Of a stretch of DNA of 64,000 nucleotides, positions 56,816 through 64,000 are shown in pieces. Both the position numbers and the translations under genes were made by a program. Position 1 is the stretch's first letter. Every line of letters starts with the position of its first letter. Below the pieces are notes generated by a model that did no database searches, was not told where the DNA came from, and was given only the letters and a program-made list of their open reading frames with translations. This DNA is from Candidatus Alloenteromonas pullistercoris (lineage in GTDB: Bacteria; Bacillota_I; Bacilli_A; RFN20; CAG-826): NCBI GenBank assembly GCA_017694295.1, contig JADINA010000039.1, positions 22,957 to 86,956 on the forward strand. Direction: 5' to 3'.

Positions 56816-57528
56816 CCGCGGACCCCAAACTTGGTTTTTAACCGGAAAATAGAAAATATGAGGGCGTTGAAGCCAAATAGGCAAGTCACCCCGAAGCAGA
56901 CGTAATTAAGCAAGGAGGCGAGGGAATCGTTTTCGTAATCGTAGAAGAAGGTCATGGCGAAGCAGATGGCGGAGAAGAGGAAAAGGAAAAGCAGATAGAC
57001 GAAGACGCCCCAAACGTTAAACCGCCTCGCCAATAGGTAGCGGATCCCCCCGATGAGCAAGGTCGCCATGATGAGGCAGGGGAAGAAGAAGCCGAAGCAA
57101 AGTGAAAAGGAGGTGTAGCCGTAGATGCGATCGGGGCTTTGCCCAAAGCTAGGGAAGGAAAGCATAAAGACGGCGGCCCCGCCTAGAAAATAGCCCATGG
57201 CCTTATAGAAGAAAAGGCGCGGCACGCCCTTTTTGGGGATGATGAACTCGTTTAGCAGGAACAACACCCCAAAGGAAAGGACGTAGGAATAGAAGGAAAG
57301 GTGGAAGTTCTCCTTCGGCCCGGAAAGGGCCAAGACGGCGTCGAGGATCGAGCAGATGAGGAAGGCGTTGGCCCCGAGAAGGAAAAGGGTTTGCCGTAAC
57401 GAGATGGCGAACCAATTGAAGGGGAAGCGCTTTTTGTCGAGCCGGTCCTCCTCGACGTAGGGGGTGCCGCAATAGGGGCATTTTGATTCGACCCCTTTGG
57501 TTATGAAGCCGCAATGTCTGCAATACAT
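56812..57528 (-). CDS. Zinc-ribbon plus multi-TM membrane protein
   Basis: MYCRHCG...CPYCG N-terminus followed by about six TM segments. Confidence 0.7.
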   Translation of the reverse strand: MYCRHCGFITKGVESKCPYCGTPYVEEDRLDKKRFPFNWFAISLRQTLFLLGANAFLICSILDAVLALSGPKENFHLSFYSYVLSFGVLFLLNEFIIPKKGVPRLFFYKAMGYFLGGAAVFMLSFPSFGQSPDRIYGYTSFSLCFGFFFPCLIMATLLIGGIRYLLARRFNVWGVFVYLLFLFLFSAICFAMTFFYDYENDSLASLLNYVCFGVTCLFGFNALIFSIFRLKTKFGVRG

Positions 57529-57556
57529 ATTTAAGTCCTGGACAAAATGATAAAGC

Positions 57557-57584
57557 AAAAGGCTCTGCAATTAAAGCAGAGCCT
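57557..57584 (-). terminator. Intrinsic terminator
   Basis: AGGCTCTGC/GCAGAGCCT stem followed by TTTT on the minus strand. Confidence 0.7.
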
Positions 57585-57597
57585 AGTTGCCGTTTTC

Positions 57598-58227
57598 TTA
57601 GATGTGGGAGTTCTCGGCGACCCAGTTGATGAGGTGAGCCGCGGCCCAGAAGGTGTAGATGCCGAGGGTGATGATCGAGAGCAAGGCCCAGATGATCCAG
57701 CGCCCGAGGAAGCCCATGGCGTCGCCAGTGAAGGTGACGTTTCCGCCGCCAAGGGTCATCTTCCCGACGATGTAGTCGATGACGAACTTCAAGCCGACCG
57801 GGTAAAGGAGGCCGAGGGTGAGGCCGGCGATGAAGCCAGCGGCGAGGATATGGAGGAAGAGCATGATGGCACCGCCTTCCCAGGAGCCGGGGACGTCGCT
57901 GCCTTCGATGTAGACGTGCTTGGCGATCCACTGGATGAGCTTCTTGGGGATCCAGAACGAGTAGATGCCGATGGTGCAGATGGTGAGGAGGATCCAAAGG
58001 AGCCACTTGCCGATGAGCTGTCCGCCGGTGCCGTCGAAGGTGAGTTTCTTGCCGTCAACGGTCGTGTTCTTGAAAATGTAGCGAATTGCCGAGGCGATAA
58101 CCCACGGGGTCCCGATGAAGAGGGTGATGACGATGAGGAACGACCAAAGGATGCTATGTCCGAGCAAACCTAGGCCAGATCCGGTGTAACCGCCTTTCTT
58201 GGCGGTTGCGGCGACGTTTTCTGCCAT
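57598..58227 (-). CDS. DUF898/YjgN-like membrane protein with internal repeats
   Basis: Repeated F.G.G..L.G.W..W.LL.IIT.GIY.FW units. ATG 58227 follows AAGGA. Confidence 0.75.
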   Translation of the reverse strand: MAENVAATAKKGGYTGSGLGLLGHSILWSFLIVITLFIGTPWVIASAIRYIFKNTTVDGKKLTFDGTGGQLIGKWLLWILLTICTIGIYSFWIPKKLIQWIAKHVYIEGSDVPGSWEGGAIMLFLHILAAGFIAGLTLGLLYPVGLKFVIDYIVGKMTLGGGNVTFTGDAMGFLGRWIIWALLSIITLGIYTFWAAAHLINWVAENSHI

Positions 58228-58395
58228 TGTCTTTTCCTTTCTTGCGTTTCCGCTTAAGACATTGTGAGTTTGGACTTTGCTCCAAACGGTGTCAATGATT
58301 AATTTCGGCAAAATCGGCTACCTCAAAGAGGTAAATTTTTTCATTCTTTTCATTTTCCTTAGGCCAAGTTAGAAGGCTAGTTGTAAAATCGGGCT

Positions 58396-58983
58396 ATGGA
58401 GACGCTCAGGTTTTCGGAAGATGAGCTAAAGCAGCTCCTGGCCAAAGACGAGAGGCTCGCCCTTGCCATCAAGCGGATCGGGAGGATCAAAAGGGAGGCC
58501 TTCCCCGACCCCTTCTATGGCCTATTCGTCCAAATAGCCGGGCAGCAGATCTCGGGGAAGGCGCTAGAAAGGATAATCGGGAAAACATCCGGGCTAACCC
58601 CGAAGGCCGCTTTGGGTATGGGCATACCAGGGCTTAGGGGAATAGGCCTAAGCGAGGCCAAGGCAAAGGCGATAACCGCATCCGCGAGGAAGTTCGTTTC
58701 CGGGGAATGGGACGATTTGCCCTTACTTAGCGACGAGGAGGTCGAGGCAAATCTAACGGAGATTAAGGGGATCGGGCGCTGGACGGCTGAGATGTATTTG
58801 CTTTTCACCCTCAAAAGGAAAAGCGCCCTAAGCTATGGGGATTACGGGATTAGGAAAGGGATTTGCGCCCTTTTCGGGTATAAAACCCTTTCAAGGAAAC
58901 GCTTTGAGGGGGTGAAAAGGAAGCTTTCGCCCCACTTGTCGCTTGCCTCGCTCTACCTTTGGGAAATAGCCGCCGGGAAATAA
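58396..58983 (+). CDS. DNA-3-methyladenine glycosylase II (AlkA-like, HhH-GPD)
   Basis: Motifs IAGQQIS, GLSEAK, LTEIKGIGRWTAEM and D.GIRKG. Confidence 0.9.
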   Translation: METLRFSEDELKQLLAKDERLALAIKRIGRIKREAFPDPFYGLFVQIAGQQISGKALERIIGKTSGLTPKAALGMGIPGLRGIGLSEAKAKAITASARKFVSGEWDDLPLLSDEEVEANLTEIKGIGRWTAEMYLLFTLKRKSALSYGDYGIRKGICALFGYKTLSRKRFEGVKRKLSPHLSLASLYLWEIAAGK

Positions 58984-58984
58984 G

Positions 58985-59626
58985 CTACTTTCCGAGTTTG
59001 GTGTCGTATCCGGGGTTTTCCTTTGGGCGGAGGGCGTTAGGGTAATTGACGTCGGCTTTGACGTCCTCGGCGATGCGTTGGAGCTTCGTTGCGATGAAGG
59101 AGGCGTCTACTATGTCCTCAAGCACCACTTTTTGCGTGCCGGCGAGGATGTAGATATCCCCGACCTTGCACATCCTCTCGACCAACCCGACCCGGACGTT
59201 GACCGAGGTGATCGAGGGATAATAGATCGAGACGATGGTCGACCCGATGAAGCCCTTTTTGACCAATATCCGCCTTTCGGTGAAGGCGTAATCCTCCTTT
59301 TCCTGCCTTTTGGAGGCGCTTAGGACGCTAGAGAGCCAAATCCAGAAGGGGAGGAGGTGGAAAAGCATGAACACCCCGTATATCAAATAAACGAACCAGG
59401 GGGCGCCGTGCATCACGAACAAAAGGATGCAAAGGAAGGCGACGTCGAAGCAAAGGAAGATGAGGGCCGGGATGGCGAAGCGGAGGACGCTTGAGAGGAT
59501 GAAGGATGATTTCTTCGGCTTCCCCTCCCAAAGGATGGATTCGCCCTCGTTAAGCAAGTCGGCGATCTCCTCCTCCTTGCCCGAATCCCCGCCTTTTTGG
59601 AAATAACGCTCGTCGATTCGCTTCAT
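58985..59626 (-). CDS. Bacterial PH-domain membrane protein
   Basis: LNEGESILWEGKP, two TM segments and YAFTERRIL. ATG 59626 follows AGGAGG. Confidence 0.8.
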   Translation of the reverse strand: MKRIDERYFQKGGDSGKEEEIADLLNEGESILWEGKPKKSSFILSSVLRFAIPALIFLCFDVAFLCILLFVMHGAPWFVYLIYGVFMLFHLLPFWIWLSSVLSASKRQEKEDYAFTERRILVKKGFIGSTIVSIYYPSITSVNVRVGLVERMCKVGDIYILAGTQKVVLEDIVDASFIATKLQRIAEDVKADVNYPNALRPKENPGYDTKLGK

Positions 59627-59717
59627 AATCACGCCTCCTTGGCGATATTTTAACATTCGTGGGGGCAAACAAAACGTTGTTTTGCTAATATAGTGTCGAT
59701 TAAGAGGAATTGGACTA

Positions 59718-61295
59718 ATGGGTTCTTATAAAGACGACATAATCTACCAAATCTACCCCCGCTCCTACGCCGACTCAAATGGCGACGGCATCGGGGACCT
59801 GCGCGGGATAATCGGGAAGCTCGATTACCTTTCCGAGCTCGGGATAACCGCCATCTGGCTTTCCCCGGTTTTCCTTTCGCCGATGGAGGACATGGGATAC
59901 GACATCGCCTCCTATTACCACATCGACCCGATCTTCGGCAGCGACGAGGATATGGATGAGCTTATCGCCAAAGCCAGGGAAAAAGGGCTAAGGATCATCC
60001 TCGACATGGTCTTAAACCACACCTCCAAGGAACACGAATGGTTTAAGCAGGCCCGGCAAAGCAAGGACAATCCCTACCGCGATTACTACATCTTCCGCGA
60101 CTCCCCCAACTCGATAGGCTCGGCCTTCGGGGGATCGGCTTGGGAATACAACGAGCCGACTAACGATTACTATTTCCACCTCTATGCCCCCGGCCAGCCC
60201 GACCTAAACTGGGACAACGAGGCGATGCGCGAGGACCTTTACAAAGCCTGTAACTACTGGCTTGACAAGGGGGTCTATGGGTTTAGGCTCGACGTCATCG
60301 AGAACATCGGCAAGGAAGTCGATCGGGGAATCATCCAAAACGGCCCCACCCTCCATCAAAGGCTCCATGAGCTAAACAGAAAGACCTTCGGACGGGTGGG
60401 CGGGATCTCCATCGGCGAATGCTGGTGCGCCGACGCCGAGTCGCGCCTTCTTTACGTCGACCCGAAGCGCGAGGAGCTTTCCATGGTCTTCCTCTTCGAC
60501 GACTTCACCCAGTTCTACAGCCAGAAATACGAGAAATGGGTGAGGCGGGAATTCGATGCGCGCGATTTGAGGAACGCCATCTTCAAACGCCAATTGACCG
60601 AAAAGGAAAGGTCATGGGACGCCCTTTTCTGGAACAACCACGACCTCCCGCGGGCCATATGCCGGTATGGGGAGCTTGGGGACAGGGCGAAAAAGGCCAA
60701 GTGCTTCTTCGCCGCCACCCTCTTCCTCCGCGGCACCCCGTTCATCTACCAAGGCGACGAGATCGGGATGGTCAACGGGCATTTTAAGTCCAAGGAAGAT
60801 TACCGGGACATTGAGACGCTTAACGCCTTCCCCATATTAAGGGAAAAGGGATTATCGGAAAAGGAGACTTGGGACGCCATCGCCTCAACCAGCCGCGACA
60901 CCGCGAGGATCCCGATGCGCTGGGAGGACAAGCCGGGGTATGGCTTCACCTCCGCCACGCCTTGGCTTGACGGGGGCCCCGATCGTTATTGCGTCGCTTC
61001 CGAGGAAAACGACCCCGATTCCATCCTTTCCTTCTACAAAACGGCCATAAAGCTCCGCAAAAGCGAAAAATACAAAGAAACTATAAAGGAAGGGGATTTT
61101 GCGCCCATATTGACCGAAACCGACCTTTTCGCCTATAAACGTATTTGCGGTGGGAAAACCTTGACCGTCATCGCCAACTTGACAAACGCGAAGCGGGAAA
61201 ACGCCAAAGGCGAAGGGGAATTGGTTTTGTCCAACTACGGGGATGAGGATAGCGAAATCCGCCCGTTCGAGGTCCGGGTATACTGGAAGGAATAA
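59718..61295 (+). CDS. GH13 alpha-glucosidase / oligo-1,6-glucosidase
   Basis: Motifs YQIYPRS, DMVLNHTS, QPDLNW, GFRLDVI, GEC and NNHDLPR. Confidence 0.93.
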   Translation: MGSYKDDIIYQIYPRSYADSNGDGIGDLRGIIGKLDYLSELGITAIWLSPVFLSPMEDMGYDIASYYHIDPIFGSDEDMDELIAKAREKGLRIILDMVLNHTSKEHEWFKQARQSKDNPYRDYYIFRDSPNSIGSAFGGSAWEYNEPTNDYYFHLYAPGQPDLNWDNEAMREDLYKACNYWLDKGVYGFRLDVIENIGKEVDRGIIQNGPTLHQRLHELNRKTFGRVGGISIGECWCADAESRLLYVDPKREELSMVFLFDDFTQFYSQKYEKWVRREFDARDLRNAIFKRQLTEKERSWDALFWNNHDLPRAICRYGELGDRAKKAKCFFAATLFLRGTPFIYQGDEIGMVNGHFKSKEDYRDIETLNAFPILREKGLSEKETWDAIASTSRDTARIPMRWEDKPGYGFTSATPWLDGGPDRYCVASEENDPDSILSFYKTAIKLRKSEKYKETIKEGDFAPILTETDLFAYKRICGGKTLTVIANLTNAKRENAKGEGELVLSNYGDEDSEIRPFEVRVYWKE

Positions 61296-61321
61296 CCTAA
61301 CCGCGTCTTTGCAAAACGATT

Positions 61322-61360
61322 GCCAAGAGGCCAAAGACTTATCCGCCTCTTGGCTTTTTT
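61322..61360 (+). terminator. Intrinsic terminator
   Basis: GCCAAGAGGC/GCCTCTTGGC stem followed by TTTTTT. Confidence 0.8.
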
Positions 61361-61705
61361 CGCCCCTTTAAAGCCCCGCTCTTCCCAAAAGGGGCTGCTC
61401 GACGGTTAACCCAAAGGCGAGGATAGTAAGGCTCAGGAAGAAAGATTTCATTGATTACGTTTTCAATGAATTCGTATTCAATGAATTTGCGTTCAAGTCA
61501 TAAGCGGGAGTAACGAAAGTCCAGCATAAACAACAAGTGGAGAGTTAACCCCGTAACCCCCAGGGGCAGCGTCTGCTTGTGCCAAAAAACATATGTCGCA
61601 TGAGATTTTTGTCCAAAAAGAAAAGTGCCCCGTATGGCTGATTTCAACTGCATAATGAAAATTGTGATGAATGGATAATTTTCCGTTAATCGAGAAAACT
61701 TTCAC

Positions 61706-61905
61706 TTCGTGCGAAGTTCGTGCGAAGTTTAACTTCGCATTGATTTATGCTTTGCATTAGCAATTTGTACTAAACGTCTAATTTTGATTAATTTTTCCCT
61801 GAAATCCTTTGGTTTGACATTCGACCTACATTCCGAAGTAACTACGAACCGGCAGTAGAAAAACTTTGAGTGGCGAACAAACGCTTCGCACGAACTTCGC
61901 ACGAA
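61706..61905. repeat. 200-bp segment bounded by perfect 22-bp inverted repeats
   Basis: TTCGTGCGAAGTTCGTGCGAAG at 61706-61727 and its reverse complement at 61884-61905. Each arm is two 11-bp units. Confidence 0.85.
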
Positions 61906-62170
61906 CTTTTCCTTCATTACGCAGTCAGTTTTTCTCTTCTATAAAGATAAGATTTAAGGGAGCGGGGAGGGAAAGAATTGATGCAAGCAAAACCATTTCT
62001 CCTGAAAGAGAAACTGAGAATCTAGAGAGAGAGTGACCATTTCGTTGTCGGATGCACAAGATTCTAGTTGCTCACTTCCGCACGCTCTTCCAACGGCTTT
62101 TATTACAAAGATTTTTATGGATTTTTCCAGGTAAATGTAAACACAATGATTTAAAAGAGGTAGCAAACAA

Positions 62171-62647
62171 ATGAAAAGAAAATTGAAATTCGCCCTTCCA
62201 ATCTTATGCGCCTTGGCTTTGACAGGATGTCAAACTAACCAAAGCGAAAGCGAAGGAACCGAAGGCAGTTCAGCCCCTTCCGAAGTAACCATCGACCCCA
62301 AATTTGAAGAATACCGGCACGTCCAGTCCGCGTTCAACAAAGGCCTTGAGCTATATGCCTGGAAAGACGGCTCCGAATGGGTTTCGGGCTTGCTAGGCGG
62401 CACCAATCGATACAAAACTGTGGAGGAGATAGTCGACATTCAACAGAATCCGTGCCCGATAGAGATCATGAGGCAAATCCTTTACACCGACTACGAACAG
62501 GACGTTCTGGACATGTGCTACATCTTCATCGTGTCCAACCCACCTTTAGAATCCGAATTGATCCATTCCGGCATAATGGACCAAGAGGAATTGATGTATT
62601 TAATCGTCTTCTTCGGGTTGGAAGAAAACTATTCATACATGTTTTAA
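62171..62647 (+). CDS. Uncharacterised lipoprotein with KG-x-E-x-Y / GGTNR-x-K motifs
   Basis: GAGG RBS and lipobox LTGC; shares motifs with the ORF at 1201..1665. Confidence 0.8.
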   Translation: MKRKLKFALPILCALALTGCQTNQSESEGTEGSSAPSEVTIDPKFEEYRHVQSAFNKGLELYAWKDGSEWVSGLLGGTNRYKTVEEIVDIQQNPCPIEIMRQILYTDYEQDVLDMCYIFIVSNPPLESELIHSGIMDQEELMYLIVFFGLEENYSYMF

Positions 62648-62764
62648 GCCCCAAACCGTCAATAGCCGCTGCTCGAAAGTCAGCGGCATTTCCGCAAGAT
62701 TTTGGTTGGCTTCTCTTACTACCGATTTTAAAAAAATAACGGTTTTCGCTTATTTTTTGGGCCT

Positions 62765-62833
62765 ATTGCCAAACTTGGCACGATTTCAATGCCAAACTTG
62801 GCGCGAAATCATTGCCTAATTTGGCACGAAAGC
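62765..62833. repeat. Three tandem 23-bp repeats with palindromic core
   Basis: ATTGCCAAACTTGGCACGATTTC, AATGCCAAACTTGGCGCGAAATC and ATTGCCTAATTTGGCACGAAAGC. Confidence 0.85.
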
Positions 62834-62871
62834 CGCGGGCTCGCGGTCTATCCGCTGGATGCTGTTAAGCG

Positions 62872-63135
62872 TTAAGGAGTGAATATGTCCATCCGAAGTG
62901 ACGCATCGGTAAACGAATACGGATCCATTATGTAGTCCCGAAGATCCACCACTTCCGGATCTTTGGGCTCTATCCAGCTCATTGTTGCCAGGCTGCCCTT
63001 GAACCCCATCGCCTTGGCGTACTCCCTCGCCTTGTCGATTATCTCTTGGTCCGACATTTTGGCTATTTCTTCCTTGCTGATTTTCCTGATTTCCATATCC
63101 GGTTTCATTATAGACGGCATCGGGAGAATCCCCAA
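62872..63135 (-). CDS. Small hypothetical protein (start uncertain)
   Basis: Protein-like composition but no recognisable motif. Confidence 0.4.
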   Translation of the reverse strand: MGILPMPSIMKPDMEIRKISKEEIAKMSDQEIIDKAREYAKAMGFKGSLATMSWIEPKDPEVVDLRDYIMDPYSFTDASLRMDIFTP

Positions 63136-63235
63136 ATGACGCCTAAATCCCCCGCCGCCAATTATCGGGAACGCAAATTGGCGTTTTGCTATGAAAGCAA
63201 AAAGCCCGATTCCCTCGGGCTTAACGGCATTTTAG

Positions 63236-63311
63236 TGGCGCGCCGGGCAGGACTCGAACCCGCAGCCTAGAGATTCGAAGTCTCTCGCTCTATCCGTTGC
63301 GCTACCGGCGC
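63236..63311 (-). tRNA. tRNA-Arg(TCG)
   Basis: Acceptor stem GCGCCGG/CCGGCGC plus GCCA; anticodon arm AGAGA-CTTCGAA-TCTCT; GGTTCGAGTCC T-arm. Terminator hairpin at 63199-63222. Confidence 0.95.
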
Positions 63312-63389
63312 GCACGAAAGCCATTATACACCCTTATCCCCGCTTAAAGAAAAAGAGGGCCGAAGCCCTCTTAGGCGGAGGAAAGGGGA

Positions 63390-63728
63390 TTATCCTAATT
63401 TCCCCAATAGCTTCTCGTCGGCGTTGACCACGATTAGCTGGCTAAGTGCCTTGGCATCTTTCCCGAAGATGCCCTCAAGGCGGGTTTGCAGCCTTTCCTC
63501 CAAGCCGCGCAGGAAGGAGAACTCCGCCTCCCCCTTCTCGCTTAGCGCCCCATCGCGCCCGCTTAGCCGCAGGCAGTCGCCTGAGGCGAACATCTCGGAA
63601 AGCAAGACGCTGATCCTGGCCTTCGATAGCCCAAGGGAGAGCCCAAGGGCCTTGAAGGAGAAGAGCCCATCCTCCCCTTTGACCTTCCCAATGCCGAGGA
63701 GGACGCGCCGCTTAGTCGATGCTTCCAT
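63390..63728 (-). CDS. Small winged-HTH protein, divergent DtxR/MntR-like
   Basis: HTH-like ALGLSLGLSKARISVLL and LSEKGE; lies downstream of a FeoB-associated-type gene. Confidence 0.5.
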   Translation of the reverse strand: MEASTKRRVLLGIGKVKGEDGLFSFKALGLSLGLSKARISVLLSEMFASGDCLRLSGRDGALSEKGEAEFSFLRGLEERLQTRLEGIFGKDAKALSQLIVVNADEKLLGKLG

Positions 63729-63933
63729 TTTGCTTTTGGCAGCAAGGGCAGCCCTTCTTTTGGCTTTTCCGATACGCCTTGAGCAAGGCCTTCCCCTTGT
63801 CGCCGCATCCGCAGCTTGGCCTTTTGCCCCTTATCCTATTGACGATGCCCAGGATTACGATGAAGGCGAAGAAGCCAAGTACGATGGCAAGAAGGAGATA
63901 GGAGATCCAAGATAGCGAGGCGAGGATCAGCAT
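63712..63933 (-). CDS. FeoB-associated Cys-rich membrane protein-like
   Basis: Single TM segment followed by CGCG and CPCC. Confidence 0.6.
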   Translation of the reverse strand: MLILASLSWISYLLLAIVLGFFAFIVILGIVNRIRGKRPSCGCGDKGKALLKAYRKSQKKGCPCCQKQNGSID

Positions 63934-64000
63934 GCGGCCTCCTTCTTTGCCTTGCTCTTGTCGTAGAAGTAGAGCCCGGTGATCGCCCCGGCGGCAAGAG
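63927..64000 (-). CDS. C-terminal fragment of a membrane protein (possibly FeoB)
   Basis: Reads ...LAAGAITGLYFYDKSKAKKEAAC-stop. Identity is inferred only from the neighbouring gene. Confidence 0.35.
   Translation of the reverse strand, partial: LAAGAITGLYFYDKSKAKKEAAC

Noticed and set aside
57547-58173. Acidic 208-aa plus-strand ORF
   Set aside because: It is the antisense shadow of the DUF898-like membrane gene; the acidity comes from reverse-complemented hydrophobic codons.
61493-62166. Three short minus-strand ORFs in the AT-rich patch
   Set aside because: No recognisable motifs or convincing RBS, and one spans the inverted repeat. Likely non-coding.
62765-62833. Possible CRISPR array
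   Set aside because: The units are directly adjacent with no spacers, and there are no cas genes in the window.
61361-63235. attL/attR duplication of the tRNA-Arg 3' end and an integrase
   Set aside because: No second copy of the tRNA end and no integrase ORF were found by eye, so no mobile element is annotated as a feature.
1-64000. Alternative genetic code (TGA as Trp or Gly)
   Set aside because: Conserved genes are full length under the standard code, and several end in TGA overlapping the next ATG.

Overview
A GC-rich, gene-dense bacterial chromosomal window read with the standard genetic code. The gene style suggests a host-associated Bacillota lineage, possibly reduced-genome Bacilli; this is inference only. 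Most of the window is housekeeping or nutrient-related: MATE pump, DegV, GT4, rimO, malQ, galMTK, cls, MFS transporters, two-subunit aconitase X, mgsA, a YtrA/ABC module, xth, patatins, AlkA, GH13, tRNA-Thr(GGT) and tRNA-Arg(TCG). The standout is a ~21 kb locus (20.5-41.5 kb) that looks like a cyclic-dinucleotide-controlled surface-filament or biofilm system. It encodes a SipW-type signal peptidase, four proteins with A-T-Y-A-[W/F]-F SipW-type leaders, a membrane-anchored paralog of them, a 991-aa GLUG-type adhesin candidate and an O-antigen-ligase-like membrane protein. It also encodes an intact EAL phosphodiesterase, a degenerate GGDEF/GAF/EAL protein and a MTA/SAH nucleosidase fold that has lost its catalytic residues. 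Unexpectedly, it contains a membrane-anchored McrB-like AAA+ NTPase with a DUF2357-like partner that has no visible nuclease domain. Two GEMM-I riboswitches head its operons, one with G and one with A at the ligand-discriminating position. An AT-rich patch with unusual repeats lies next to tRNA-Arg. All family assignments come from reading motifs by eye; no database searches were run.
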